From positions 1 to 32,149 of the forward strand of contig PBAS01000083.1 in NCBI GenBank assembly GCA_002716625.1: 32,149 nt of DNA, written 5' to 3'. The translations under genes and the position numbers were made by a program. This document shows positions 1 to 8,760 of this stretch, one piece after another. The notes below the pieces were generated by a model that was given only the letters and a program-made list of their open reading frames with translations, did not search any database and was not told where the DNA came from. How positions within the stretch are numbered: the stretch's first letter is position 1; each line of letters begins with the position of its first letter. The DNA is from Phycisphaeraceae bacterium. Its GTDB lineage: Bacteria > Planctomycetota > Phycisphaerae > Phycisphaerales > Phycisphaeraceae.

Positions 1-72
1 TGGAGCAAGCTAATCCCAAATACAACAAAGATTTATATTTCACACTATGTAGAGGTGCTCCAATATTCCTTT

Positions 73-101
73 TTGCCTTCCTGAGTAATTTTTTGTACGA
101 T
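73..101 (+). promoter_or_regulatory. Candidate sigma70-type promoter upstream of map: TTGCCT, 17-nt spacer, TACGAT.
   Basis: Read directly: -35-like TTGCCT at 73-78, a 17-nt spacer, and -10-like TACGAT at 96-101. It sits about 60 nt upstream of the map start codon in an AT-rich non-coding stretch (1-163). Confidence 0.25.
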
Positions 102-163
102 CAGGGGTTCTCAATGCGGTTGAAGAACTAACAAAAGGCATCAGGCAATGCGGGCGACTGCGG

Positions 164-943
164 ATGGGCATACGGCTAAAGACGCAAGAAGAAATCGAGA
201 AAATGAGGACCGCTGGTCGCGTCGTTCACCAGGTATTGGAACAGTGCCGTTCGATGTGTAAACCCGGGGTAACACCGAGCCAGATTGACGAAGCGGCTCA
301 ACACAAGATTGAAGCTGAAGGCGGACGTGGATTGTTCAAAAACTACCCCACATACCGCACAGGCGAAGGGTTTCCGGCCAATCTGTGTATCAGCCTCAAC
401 GAGTGCGTGGTCCACGGAATCGCCGATGATACGCCGATCCGAGACGGAGACATCGTCGGGATTGATTGCGGCGTTGAAGTAAATGGCTGGTGTGGTGACT
501 CGGCAACCACCGTACTAGTTGGTAACGTACGAGCCGCGACGCGCAAGCTGTGCACCGTGACTGAACACGTGCTGCAACTTGCGGTTGAAAACATGAAACC
601 CGGGCGACTATGGACCCAAATTGCCCGGCTAATGCAGGCGTATGCCGAGAATGCCGGGATGAGTGTTGTCCGTGACTTTGTAGGGCACGGAATAGGTCAA
701 GCAATGCATGAGGATCCCAAGATACCTAATTATGTGGGACGTGAGATATTGACCAACGACATCACATTACGCGAGGGGATGGTCTTGGCGGTTGAACCGA
801 TGTGTAATCTTGGCTGCAAGGAAGTGGTCACACTCGACGATGGCTGGACCGTGAAAACGGCAGACGGTAAACCATCCGCCCATTACGAACATACGATTGC
901 CGTGACTGCCACGGGTGCCGATGTGCTTACGGATGGAAGGTGA
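164..943 (+). CDS. map: Methionine aminopeptidase, type I.
   Basis: 259-aa ORF. The N-terminus MGIRLKTQEEIEKMRTAGRVV is typical of MetAP. Metal-ligand motifs are present: DIVGIDCG, HGIG, VEPM and EHT. Confidence 0.93.
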   Translation: MGIRLKTQEEIEKMRTAGRVVHQVLEQCRSMCKPGVTPSQIDEAAQHKIEAEGGRGLFKNYPTYRTGEGFPANLCISLNECVVHGIADDTPIRDGDIVGIDCGVEVNGWCGDSATTVLVGNVRAATRKLCTVTEHVLQLAVENMKPGRLWTQIARLMQAYAENAGMSVVRDFVGHGIGQAMHEDPKIPNYVGREILTNDITLREGMVLAVEPMCNLGCKEVVTLDDGWTVKTADGKPSAHYEHTIAVTATGADVLTDGR

Positions 944-949
944 TAGCTT

Positions 950-1165
950 TTGGCGAAAGAAGAAAAATTACAGGTTGAAGGTGAGGTACTCGAATCCCTG
1001 CCCAACGCGATGTTTAAGGTTCGCTTAGAAAATGACCATGAAATCATAGCCCACATCTCCGGCAAAATGCGTATGCATTACATCCGCATCCTCCCCGGCG
1101 ATCGGGTCACCGTCGACATTAGCCCTTACGACCTGACGAAAGGCCGTATTACGTATCGACAGTAA
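950..1165 (+). CDS. infA: Translation initiation factor IF-1.
   Basis: 71 aa with an S1-like fold. The sequence [62 protein letters not shown] is highly conserved IF-1. It lies 7 nt after the map stop. Confidence 0.93.
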   Translation: MAKEEKLQVEGEVLESLPNAMFKVRLENDHEIIAHISGKMRMHYIRILPGDRVTVDISPYDLTKGRITYRQ

Positions 1166-1202
1166 ACAAAGAGCAGCGTGTCGCAGAATACAGAGGTCTG
1201 CT

Positions 1203-1316
1203 ATGAAAGTTCGAAGTAGCGTCAAGCGAATTTGTGAAAACTGCAAAATTATCCGACGCAAGGGTGTGGTACGGGTGATCTGCTCCAACCCCAAACACAA
1301 GCAGAAGCAGGGGTGA
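1203..1316 (+). CDS. rpmJ: 50S ribosomal protein L36 (37 aa; below the ORF-track length cutoff).
   Basis: Found by reading the infA-rpsM gap. ATG at 1203 is preceded by GAGGT. The translation [37 protein letters not shown], with a C-x2-C..C-x4-H zinc ribbon, matches L36. The stop TGA is at 1314-1316, in the canonical position between infA and rpsM. Confidence 0.85.
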   Translation: MKVRSSVKRICENCKIIRRKGVVRVICSNPKHKQKQG

Positions 1317-1392
1317 CCCAAGCGGCTAGACAGGTGCGGTCGTATCCCAATGGGGACCGCCGCCCGCACCTTTGACAACTAAGGAACCAACC

Positions 1393-1776
1393 ATGCCACG
1401 AATTGCCGGCACCGACATTCCAGACGCCAAACCCATTCGCTTTGCACTGCGTTACATTTATGGCGTTGGCCCAGCTAATTGTGAGCTAATCCTTAAAGAA
1501 GCAGGCATCGATGGCCAGATGCGGGCAAGTCAGCTTACTGAAGATCAGTTGGCACAGATCAGTACAATCATTGATAACAATTACCTAGTTGAAGGCGTAT
1601 TGCGGCGCCAAATCGCCCAGAACATTGCCCGTATACGCGACATCCGATGTTATCGAGGCGAACGACATCGTAGAGGGTTGCCCTGTCGCGGCCAACGAAC
1701 CAAGACCAATGCACGCACCCGCAAGGGACGACGTAAGACTGTTGCAGGGAAGAAGGGCGTTAAGGAACTGAAGTAA
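1393..1776 (+). CDS. rpsM: 30S ribosomal protein S13.
   Basis: MPRIAGTDIPDAKPIRFALRYIYGVGP, followed by a basic C-terminal tail (KGRRKTVAGKKGVKELK). I chose ATG 1393, which follows AAGGAA, over the track's TTG at 1372. Confidence 0.92.
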   Translation: MPRIAGTDIPDAKPIRFALRYIYGVGPANCELILKEAGIDGQMRASQLTEDQLAQISTIIDNNYLVEGVLRRQIAQNIARIRDIRCYRGERHRRGLPCRGQRTKTNARTRKGRRKTVAGKKGVKELK

Positions 1777-1843
1777 ACGCACTTAAAGTAAGTGGTAATT
1801 CATGGTGCCGGAGCAATCTGTCACCTCATTGCAAGGTATGTTC

Positions 1844-2218
1844 ATGGCTAAAAAGCAGCGAAAAGTTCGGCGAAATGTGCGGCGTGGCATAGCGCACATC
1901 AAGGCCACATTCAATAATACGCATGTGACGATTACGGACATCAATGGTGAAACATTGTGTTGGGGATCAGCGGGTACCGGTTTTAAAGGTTCGCGTAAAA
2001 GCACCCCCTTTGCCGCAACGCGGGCCGCAGAAGATGCCGCCAGCAAGGCAAAGAAGTTCGGCGTCCAAGAGATCGAGGTGCACATCAAGGGAGCTGGAAG
2101 TGGTCGGGAATCAGCCGTCACAGCATTACAATCAGCTGGCTTGCGTGTAACTGCCGTTGAGGACCACACTCCCATACCACACAATGGCTGTCGGCCAAGA
2201 AAGAAACGCCGCGTCTGA
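1844..2218 (+). CDS. rpsK: 30S ribosomal protein S11.
   Basis: [58 protein letters not shown] is a canonical S11 sequence. ATG 1844 follows AAGGT. The track start at 1802 adds 14 non-conserved residues. Confidence 0.92.
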   Translation: MAKKQRKVRRNVRRGIAHIKATFNNTHVTITDINGETLCWGSAGTGFKGSRKSTPFAATRAAEDAASKAKKFGVQEIEVHIKGAGSGRESAVTALQSAGLRVTAVEDHTPIPHNGCRPRKKRRV

Positions 2219-2403
2219 TTGCCAACCGCCCAGTAGATACTTCGGACCAGAAAATTATACCGCAAGAGACCTTACCCTTAAGTTCAAGATCAAAATATCG
2301 TTTGGGTACAGAAGTCCAGCCACCATTCTCAGCAGTGTGGCATCTGGACGATAAGGCCCAACGAATGTGAGTGACTTTAAAACACTGCTGAGGTTTTTGG
2401 AGC

Positions 2404-3414
2404 ATGATGATGCGTATCAGATGGCGCGGATTGGAATTGCCCAATCGAATCACCCCTGATCACGACCTTAACGGTGAGAACTATGGAAAGTTCGTGGTCG
2501 AACCTTTTGAGCGTGGCTTTGGAACCACTGTTGGCAACAGCTTACGCCGAATCCTACTATCAAGCTTGGAAGGTTCCGCTGTAACGGGAATCAAGGTGAA
2601 AGGAGCACCACACGAATTTACAAGCATTAAAGGTGTGATGGAGGATGTGACAGATATTGTCCTTAATGTCAAAAACATGGTTGTGTCGCTTGAAGGCGAA
2701 AAAAGCATGACCATGCGCCTGTTTGCCGAGGGGCCCGGTGAGGTCACCTGTGAACTGATCGAGGCTGATACCTCAATCACAATTCACAATAAAGATCTAC
2801 TATTGGCGACACTCACACAAGAGGTCGAATTCGATATGGAATTCATCGTACAAAAAGGACGCGGTTACGTACCCGCATCGGAGCAATATGAAACGACTGA
2901 AGACCAGGAAGTTGGCTTAATCCCCGTCGATGCAATTTATTCTCCAGTAACCCGAGTGCGATACAACGTAGAGAACACACGCGTCGGCCAGAAAACCAAC
3001 TACGACAAGCTAACATTGGAGGTGTGGACCAACGGAACGGTCGCGCCGGATATGGCAATGGTGGAAGCAGCCAAGATTCTCCGTAAGCACTTAAATCCCT
3101 TTGTGCAGTATTTTGAATTGGGCGAGGCAACCGCAAGTGAAACCGCTTCAGCAGCAGCCCGGGCCGACGAGGAGTTGCTCGGCAAACTACGGATGTCCGT
3201 CGATGATCTGGACCTGTCGGTGCGGGCGAATAATTGCCTTGAAACCGCCAAGCTAAAAACGGTTGGCGAACTGGTACGCCACTCCGAAGCCGACCTGCTG
3301 AAAGTCCGATCTTTTGGAAAGACCTCCCTGCGCGAGGTCAAGCGTAAACTATCTGATATGAGCTTGGAGTTGGGCATGGAGTTACCAACCGACCTAGAGC
3401 AGGAGATGTCGTAA
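2404..3414 (+). CDS. rpoA: DNA-directed RNA polymerase alpha subunit.
   Basis: 336 aa. The N-terminal domain carries GKFVVEPFERGFGTTVGNSLRRILLSSLEG. The C-terminal domain carries DLDLSVRANNCLETAKLKTVGELVRHSEADLLKVRSFGKTSLREVKRKL, a helix-hairpin-helix alpha-CTD. GGAG lies upstream of the ATG. Confidence 0.95.
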   Translation: MMMRIRWRGLELPNRITPDHDLNGENYGKFVVEPFERGFGTTVGNSLRRILLSSLEGSAVTGIKVKGAPHEFTSIKGVMEDVTDIVLNVKNMVVSLEGEKSMTMRLFAEGPGEVTCELIEADTSITIHNKDLLLATLTQEVEFDMEFIVQKGRGYVPASEQYETTEDQEVGLIPVDAIYSPVTRVRYNVENTRVGQKTNYDKLTLEVWTNGTVAPDMAMVEAAKILRKHLNPFVQYFELGEATASETASAAARADEELLGKLRMSVDDLDLSVRANNCLETAKLKTVGELVRHSEADLLKVRSFGKTSLREVKRKLSDMSLELGMELPTDLEQEMS

Positions 3415-3455
3415 CCACCCGACATCTCGTGGCATAACGCCGAGGAGTGCAGACG

Positions 3456-4082
3456 ATGAGACATCGTGTTGCCGGGTATAAACTAGGACGCGACACCGAG
3501 CACCGTGCCGCAATGCGGCGCAATCTGGCGATCGCGTTGTTGACCCACGGTCAGGTAACCACAACTATCCCAAAGGCCAAGAGTGTCAAACCCTTTGTGG
3601 AAAAGCTGATTTCATCAGCGAGGAAGGGTGACTTGGCATCACGCCGCCGAGTGTTGCAGGCCATTGGTGATCCGTATCTAATCACTCACGATGAAGATCC
3701 AGATGTGGTTCGCAATCGATACGGTGAAGTGGTCTCTGCACCGAGGGTGGTAAAAAAGCTGTTCGATGAAATTGCCCCACGATACGCCGATCGGCCAGGA
3801 GGCTATACACGCATAGTGCGTTTAGGCACTCACCGCATCGGCGATGGTTCGGATCTTTGTGTCCTGCAACTCGTAGGATCCGAAGAAGGGCCACAGGTCT
3901 CGGGCGTTTATTCAAGACGACGCGATAAGGCCGATCGACGAATGGAATATGCCGCGCAACAACGGCGCGACCAGACGGCTGCTGTAACCGAAGAACCACC
4001 ATCTGAAGAGCCCGAAGATCCGTCACCACCAGAATCCGACGAAGCAGAATCCTCTGCGGAAACGGTACAGAAAGAAGAATAG
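3456..4082 (+). CDS. rplQ: 50S ribosomal protein L17 with a long acidic C-terminal extension.
   Basis: The N-terminus MRHRVAGYKLGRDTEHRAAMRRNLAIALLTHGQVTTTIPKAKSVKPFVEKLI is typical of L17. GAGGAG precedes ATG 3456, and the track start is GTG 3447. There are about 80 extra C-terminal residues rich in E, D, P and S. Confidence 0.9.
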   Translation: MRHRVAGYKLGRDTEHRAAMRRNLAIALLTHGQVTTTIPKAKSVKPFVEKLISSARKGDLASRRRVLQAIGDPYLITHDEDPDVVRNRYGEVVSAPRVVKKLFDEIAPRYADRPGGYTRIVRLGTHRIGDGSDLCVLQLVGSEEGPQVSGVYSRRRDKADRRMEYAAQQRRDQTAAVTEEPPSEEPEDPSPPESDEAESSAETVQKEE

Positions 4083-4089
4083 TGCCCAT

Positions 4090-4116
4090 GAACCGCAACC
4101 AAAAAATTTGCGGTTC
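4090..4116 (+). terminator. Perfect 9-bp stem-loop directly after rplQ, a putative operon terminator that lacks a U-tract.
   Basis: GAACCGCAA (4090-4098), loop CCAAAAAAT, then TTGCGGTTC (4108-4116). It is followed by TATACCCC rather than a T-run, so its intrinsic-terminator status is uncertain. Confidence 0.4.
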
Positions 4117-4299
4117 TATACCCCTTGCTGCCAAATAAACACCTCTGCATCGCCAAAGCCAGACCCTGCTGCCTTCGCTGACCGTCTGCGCTACCGCATC
4201 CCCTCGGTTAACGTACCAGCCACAACCCATCAATACACCAAACCTTGGACAGGCAGACCGTGACCAATCCTCCTTTCGTCGGTAAACTACCAGTTCACC

Positions 4300-5373
4300 A
4301 TGGCACGCCAAACCTCTCCATCAACCCAAACACCCAACAGCTGTCCGCGGATTCTGGTCGTGTATGGCCCGGAAGATGCACTCCGCCGCGAGGCAATGGG
4401 GCAGCTCCAAAATGCTGCGACGGAGGCCCATGGTGCAGTCGACATCATTCGGTTTGAAGGAGCCACGTGCGGATTGGCGGAGATCCTTGATGAGTTGCGT
4501 AGTTTTGGACTCCTGCAGCAGTTTAAGATTGTTGTTGTAGACGATGCAGATCGATTCGTGACAGCACATAGAGCGGCATTGGAGCGTTATGCACAGAAAC
4601 CGGTTGACCATGGCACACTCGTATTGCGTTGCAACCGGTGGCACAAGAGCAATTTGGATAAATTGATTCAGAAGGTTGGCCAAATCATCAAATGCGAATC
4701 ATTAAAGCGACCTGCGATTAAAACTCGCTTACAGAAAATCGCGTCCGAGCGATACAACCGTCGGCTCGATGCAAACGGATCTGACCTAATGATCGATCTG
4801 CTGGGTACCGATCTGGGACGATTGGATACCGAGTTGGCCAAGCTTGCACTTCTTGTGGATGATGACCAACGAATCGAGATTGATTTAATCCGACAAACCG
4901 CCGGACGTGCTTGCAATGACCAAGCATGGGTGGTTGGTGAGACGTTGCTTGATGCAATCGCGTCAGGTCCAGCTTCGGCAGGTCGGGCGATCGAAAAAAT
5001 CCATGAACTGGTCAAGGTTGCCCGCCAAGCCGATATCCTAGTGGCTTATTTCCTTGCTGATACCGTACGGAATTTAAACCTTGGCTTGATGATGAAACGC
5101 CAGGGCCTTTCCGACCGCCAGGTGGCCAGCCGTTTAAAACTATGGGGGCCGCGACAGTTTAAGTTTTCAAGGGCACTAGCCAAACTCAGCGATGCATCGG
5201 CAGCCAACCTGCTTAATCGAGCCATCAGCTACGACGCACGTGCCAAGCGAGGAATGGGCAGGTCAATAACAAACAATGAATGTTTCTGCGCGGCTTTAGA
5301 CGATGTAATATTTGGATCCCGACAGCGAATCAGCCGCCCATGGATGGGCTCTGCGAATAAAAGTTCGCCGTAA
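4300..5373 (+). CDS. holA: DNA polymerase III delta subunit.
   Basis: 357 aa. The N-terminal block RILVVYGPEDALRREAMGQL resembles the holA LYGEE region. Length and helical C-terminal domains fit delta. The N-terminal 15 aa are C- and A-rich, encoded by low-G DNA. Confidence 0.72.
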   Translation: MARQTSPSTQTPNSCPRILVVYGPEDALRREAMGQLQNAATEAHGAVDIIRFEGATCGLAEILDELRSFGLLQQFKIVVVDDADRFVTAHRAALERYAQKPVDHGTLVLRCNRWHKSNLDKLIQKVGQIIKCESLKRPAIKTRLQKIASERYNRRLDANGSDLMIDLLGTDLGRLDTELAKLALLVDDDQRIEIDLIRQTAGRACNDQAWVVGETLLDAIASGPASAGRAIEKIHELVKVARQADILVAYFLADTVRNLNLGLMMKRQGLSDRQVASRLKLWGPRQFKFSRALAKLSDASAANLLNRAISYDARAKRGMGRSITNNECFCAALDDVIFGSRQRISRPWMGSANKSSP

Positions 5374-5450
5374 GGCCGGAGGCCTTGATGCATTTTCGCC
5401 CCATTAAATACTATCTACCCAAGACACTGGCACCCTCAACCTCTTGTCTT

Positions 5451-6536
5451 ATGGCTGAGAATTTTGTCCGATGCGGCCTTGTATTTCTGCTATTACTTCT
5501 GGGGGCCTGCAATAATACACCAAGCCAAGCTGCGGGCACTGGTCATTTCGAAAACCAGCCCCCCCCCAGCACAATATCCGGTTCCCAGCCATGGCATTCC
5601 TCGGATGTGCAATCCCGTAAGAGGCCGGATCATACGCCACAGTACACCCCCCAGATGGCAACCAACCTCCAAGCCAAAGCGGAACAGGATCAGACCGTGG
5701 CGCAGGTTCAATGGGTTGAGTTGCATGCTCAGCGCACGCCTCATCCAACCTTGACGACACCGCAGATCACCGCCCCCCCGCAGGACCTTATACGCAACAA
5801 GCATCCAGTGCCGGTAGCGCATCTTGACCAGCATAAGCTCATGGAGCTTCTGAGGCAGCAAATTGCTCACGGGGACCGCGAGCCGGTAACCAGGGCCATC
5901 TTGCTGGCCACCTTGAACCTCATTGACGCTCAAGATCAGTTGGGCACAGCAGCCATTACCACGCTGGATACCAAAGAGCAAAAGCGTGTTGAGCGTTACC
6001 AGAAATTGATCCAGTCTATCTTCCAAGCCACAGTGGACGAAAATCTGACCATCGACAAAGCATGGCTGGTCAATCGATCAAAAGATTTTGACGGTTCATC
6101 ACAGATTCGAATCCTGACTACAAAACTTGTCAAGAGCGTTGGGGGATGGGGGGTTTATGAAGAGTTTCCCTCCAATCGATTTGTAGCTGGGCGGGAAAAC
6201 CCGATGCTCATTTATGTTGAAATTGACCATTTCAAGACAATCACATCCGATAATGGGATCCATCAGGTAAAACTTGAACAGGAAATAGAGCTCTACACGG
6301 ACCATGATGGCCAAATGGTATGGCGCCAACCACCCGAGCAGGTAACGGATGCATCAAAGAACCTACGTCGGGATTTCTTTGTCCGCCAGCTAATCCGGCT
6401 CCCATCCAACCTACCCGTCGGCCGGTTCTTCCTAAAGGTCCGTGTAACTGATTTGCACAGCGGGATTCGGGACGAATCGACCCTGCCAATCATTCTAGTT
6501 GCGGACCAGCGTCTAGTCATTCAAGACACAGAATGA
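5451..6536 (+). CDS. Hypothetical lipoprotein with a signal peptide and lipobox LLGAC.
   Basis: ATG 5451 gives [29 protein letters not shown], with a charged n-region, a hydrophobic h-region and a cysteine lipobox. The mature part is rich in Q, P and T and has no recognisable catalytic motif. It contains C9 and C7 homopolymer tracts. Confidence 0.6.
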   Translation: MAENFVRCGLVFLLLLLGACNNTPSQAAGTGHFENQPPPSTISGSQPWHSSDVQSRKRPDHTPQYTPQMATNLQAKAEQDQTVAQVQWVELHAQRTPHPTLTTPQITAPPQDLIRNKHPVPVAHLDQHKLMELLRQQIAHGDREPVTRAILLATLNLIDAQDQLGTAAITTLDTKEQKRVERYQKLIQSIFQATVDENLTIDKAWLVNRSKDFDGSSQIRILTTKLVKSVGGWGVYEEFPSNRFVAGRENPMLIYVEIDHFKTITSDNGIHQVKLEQEIELYTDHDGQMVWRQPPEQVTDASKNLRRDFFVRQLIRLPSNLPVGRFFLKVRVTDLHSGIRDESTLPIILVADQRLVIQDTE

Positions 6537-6594
6537 GAGACAAAAAGCCCCCTCTATTTGCCCCTTGGCTCATCTGAGCTACCATTTCCCCTAC

Positions 6595-7149
6595 ATGCGA
6601 CAAATAGCAGACGCACAGCGTGTCAGCATGCTTATTGATCAGCTTGCTGATGCGATCAAACGAGACATGTCAGGCACTACGGATCCATGGGCCATAGTCG
6701 GGATCCGCAGTCGTGGCGATCTATTAGCACAACGCCTGGCAGGCCGCCTCAACTTCGATCACATTGGTGTACTCGATATTACGCTCTATCGCGATGACCT
6801 TTCCGAGATTGGGATGCAACCAACCGTACGTACAACTGAAATCCCTTTTGCTATTGATCGGATGCAGGTTGTACTCGTAGATGATGTACTGATGACCGGC
6901 CGGTCCGTACGGGCCGCGCTTCAGTCATTAATGGATTTGGGACGTCCACGAAGAGTCTGGCTAGCCGTATTGGTAGATCGTGGTGGACGCGAGTTACCAA
7001 TACGGCCTGACTACGTGGCATTTGATCTCGCACAGGATGATAGTGGTCTTGGACTTGCCCCTGACAACCGCGTAGAGGTCATGTTGCAACCAACCGATCC
7101 CGAAGACGGAATTGTTGTCTGTTCAAGCGGTCCACAAGTGAGTATTTAA
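6595..7149 (+). CDS. pyrR: Bifunctional pyrimidine operon regulator / uracil phosphoribosyltransferase PyrR.
   Basis: Matches PyrR along its whole length: [45 protein letters not shown] (PRPP-binding), [22 protein letters not shown] 6595 is preferred over the track TTG 6565. The stop overlaps the pyrB start (TAATG). Confidence 0.88.
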   Translation: MRQIADAQRVSMLIDQLADAIKRDMSGTTDPWAIVGIRSRGDLLAQRLAGRLNFDHIGVLDITLYRDDLSEIGMQPTVRTTEIPFAIDRMQVVLVDDVLMTGRSVRAALQSLMDLGRPRRVWLAVLVDRGGRELPIRPDYVAFDLAQDDSGLGLAPDNRVEVMLQPTDPEDGIVVCSSGPQVSI

Positions 7150-8120
7150 TGAGCAAGACCCCAGAACCCTATTGCTGGCCCCACAAGCACTTGCTTGGCC
7201 TGCAAGACCTCAGTGCAGAGGATATTCGCTTCGTACTTCAGACCGCGGTAGGTTTCCTGGAGGTGAGCACACGCAGTGTCAAGAAGGTACCGGCACTACG
7301 TGGCAAAGTGGTCGCAAACCTATTCATGGAGGACTCAACGAGAACACGCTCTAGCTTTACTTTGGCTGCAAGTCGTTTGTCTGCCGACGTGATTGATTTA
7401 TCGGGTAAAGGCTCAAGCATTTCAAAGGGCGAAACATTACGAGACACCGGTCGTAATATTGAGGCAATGGGCATCGATGCAATTGTCTGTCGCCATCCGT
7501 TAAGTGGAGCCGCTGTCCAATTGTCTCGAGCCGTGAATTGCAGTGTCGTTAATGCAGGTGATGGTCAACACGAACATCCCACACAAGGCCTGCTCGACAT
7601 CTTCACGATAGCACGACAGCTTGGTCGCACTGATTTTGATCTGACGGATATCACCGTAGCAATCGTTGGTGACATTACCCACAGTCGTGTCGCTCGATCG
7701 AACCTCTACGGCCTGCTCAAACTAGGGGCCACGGTTGTCTTAGTGGGACCACCAACTCTTCTACCACGCGCATTTGCCGACCTAGGCTGCGAGTTGAGCT
7801 ATAGCCTTGACGATGTTTTAGATCGCGTCGATGTACTCAATATGCTCCGCATTCAGTTTGAAAGGCTCACCAGCCAAGCCTTTCCCAGTGTGCGTGAATA
7901 CGCAACATCCTTTGGATTGACCACCAAACGTCTAGCCCGCGCCAAACCCGATGTAGTGGTTATGCACCCAGGCCCCATCAATCGTGGAATTGAATTAGAC
8001 TCTCAAGTTGCTGACGGCCCCAATAGCGTGATTCTCTCCCAGGTCAGCCATGGTCTGGCTGTCCGAATGGCTGTTTTGTATCTGGTCAGTGGAGCCAAAC
8101 ATCAAGCTGACTTGCTTTAA
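7149..8120 (+). CDS. pyrB: Aspartate carbamoyltransferase catalytic subunit.
   Basis: 323 aa. The carbamoyl-phosphate-binding motif STRTRSSF is present, with HPTQ and a HPGP-type motif (MHPGPINRG). Both ATCase/OTCase-fold domains are present. Confidence 0.92.
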   Translation: MSKTPEPYCWPHKHLLGLQDLSAEDIRFVLQTAVGFLEVSTRSVKKVPALRGKVVANLFMEDSTRTRSSFTLAASRLSADVIDLSGKGSSISKGETLRDTGRNIEAMGIDAIVCRHPLSGAAVQLSRAVNCSVVNAGDGQHEHPTQGLLDIFTIARQLGRTDFDLTDITVAIVGDITHSRVARSNLYGLLKLGATVVLVGPPTLLPRAFADLGCELSYSLDDVLDRVDVLNMLRIQFERLTSQAFPSVREYATSFGLTTKRLARAKPDVVVMHPGPINRGIELDSQVADGPNSVILSQVSHGLAVRMAVLYLVSGAKHQADLL

Positions 8121-8152
8121 TTGATGATCACAGGAGGGGATGGCAGGTTGCC

Positions 8153-8740
8153 ATGACTGCATCTGGACTGCTATTAATCATTTCAGGTCCCTCAGGCGTG
8201 GGGAAAACGACCATTACTCGCCGCGTTCACCAACAACTGGGTGGCATGCTGAGCGTTTCAGTAACAACACGCCCTCCAACACGCACTGATACCGAGGGGG
8301 TCGACTATCAATTCATTGATGAGGACAAATTCAACCAGATGCGTGACGGTGACGAGCTACTCGAATACGCCGAAGTATTTGGACATGCTTACGGAACACC
8401 AAGAAAACCGGTACTTGATGCGATTTCACAGGGAAAGTTGATGATCCTGGAAATTGATGTCGAAGGCGCTATTCAGATTAAATCAAAGACCAATGGTGCA
8501 TTTGCCCTCTTTGTGCTCCCACCAGATGAACAGGTCCTCCTGAAACGTTTACACAACCGAGCACGTGAAGATGAAAATGCCATCCAGGGTCGATTCAAGA
8601 AAGCCAAGGCAGAGATGGCACGCGCCAGATCGTGTGGTATTTATGATGCCTTTATTGTCAACAAAGACCTTGACCAGGCGGTTGACCAGGCCATCCATCT
8701 TGTACAGTCCCGTTGCAAGGCCACCTGCACCAAACAATAA
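8153..8740 (+). CDS. gmk: Guanylate kinase.
   Basis: P-loop ISGPSGVGKTT, SVSVTTRPPR and EVFGHAYGT blocks. 195 aa, with AGGAGGGG upstream. Confidence 0.92.
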   Translation: MTASGLLLIISGPSGVGKTTITRRVHQQLGGMLSVSVTTRPPTRTDTEGVDYQFIDEDKFNQMRDGDELLEYAEVFGHAYGTPRKPVLDAISQGKLMILEIDVEGAIQIKSKTNGAFALFVLPPDEQVLLKRLHNRAREDENAIQGRFKKAKAEMARARSCGIYDAFIVNKDLDQAVDQAIHLVQSRCKATCTKQ

Positions 8741-8760
8741 CCTTTACTATATTGGTAGGC

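Noticed and set aside
1372-1392. TTG and GTG extended starts proposed by the track for rpsM, rpsK, rplQ, pyrR, folE2 and fdsA.
   Set aside because: In each case a downstream ATG with a better Shine-Dalgarno sequence coincides with the conserved N-terminus of the protein family.
2157-2354. The 65-aa ORF in the rpsK-rpoA gap as a possible rpsD remnant.
   Set aside because: The translation [21 protein letters not shown]... has no similarity to S4, including no N-terminal zinc or basic region and no S4 RNA-binding domain. It is too short, and I treat it as a non-coding spacer.
8713-8760. The track start of the HAD gene overlapping gmk by 28 nt.
   Set aside because: HAD motif I (FLDREGT) aligns immediately after ATG 8761. 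The upstream 16 residues are non-conserved and overlap the gmk C-terminus, so the shorter start was chosen.
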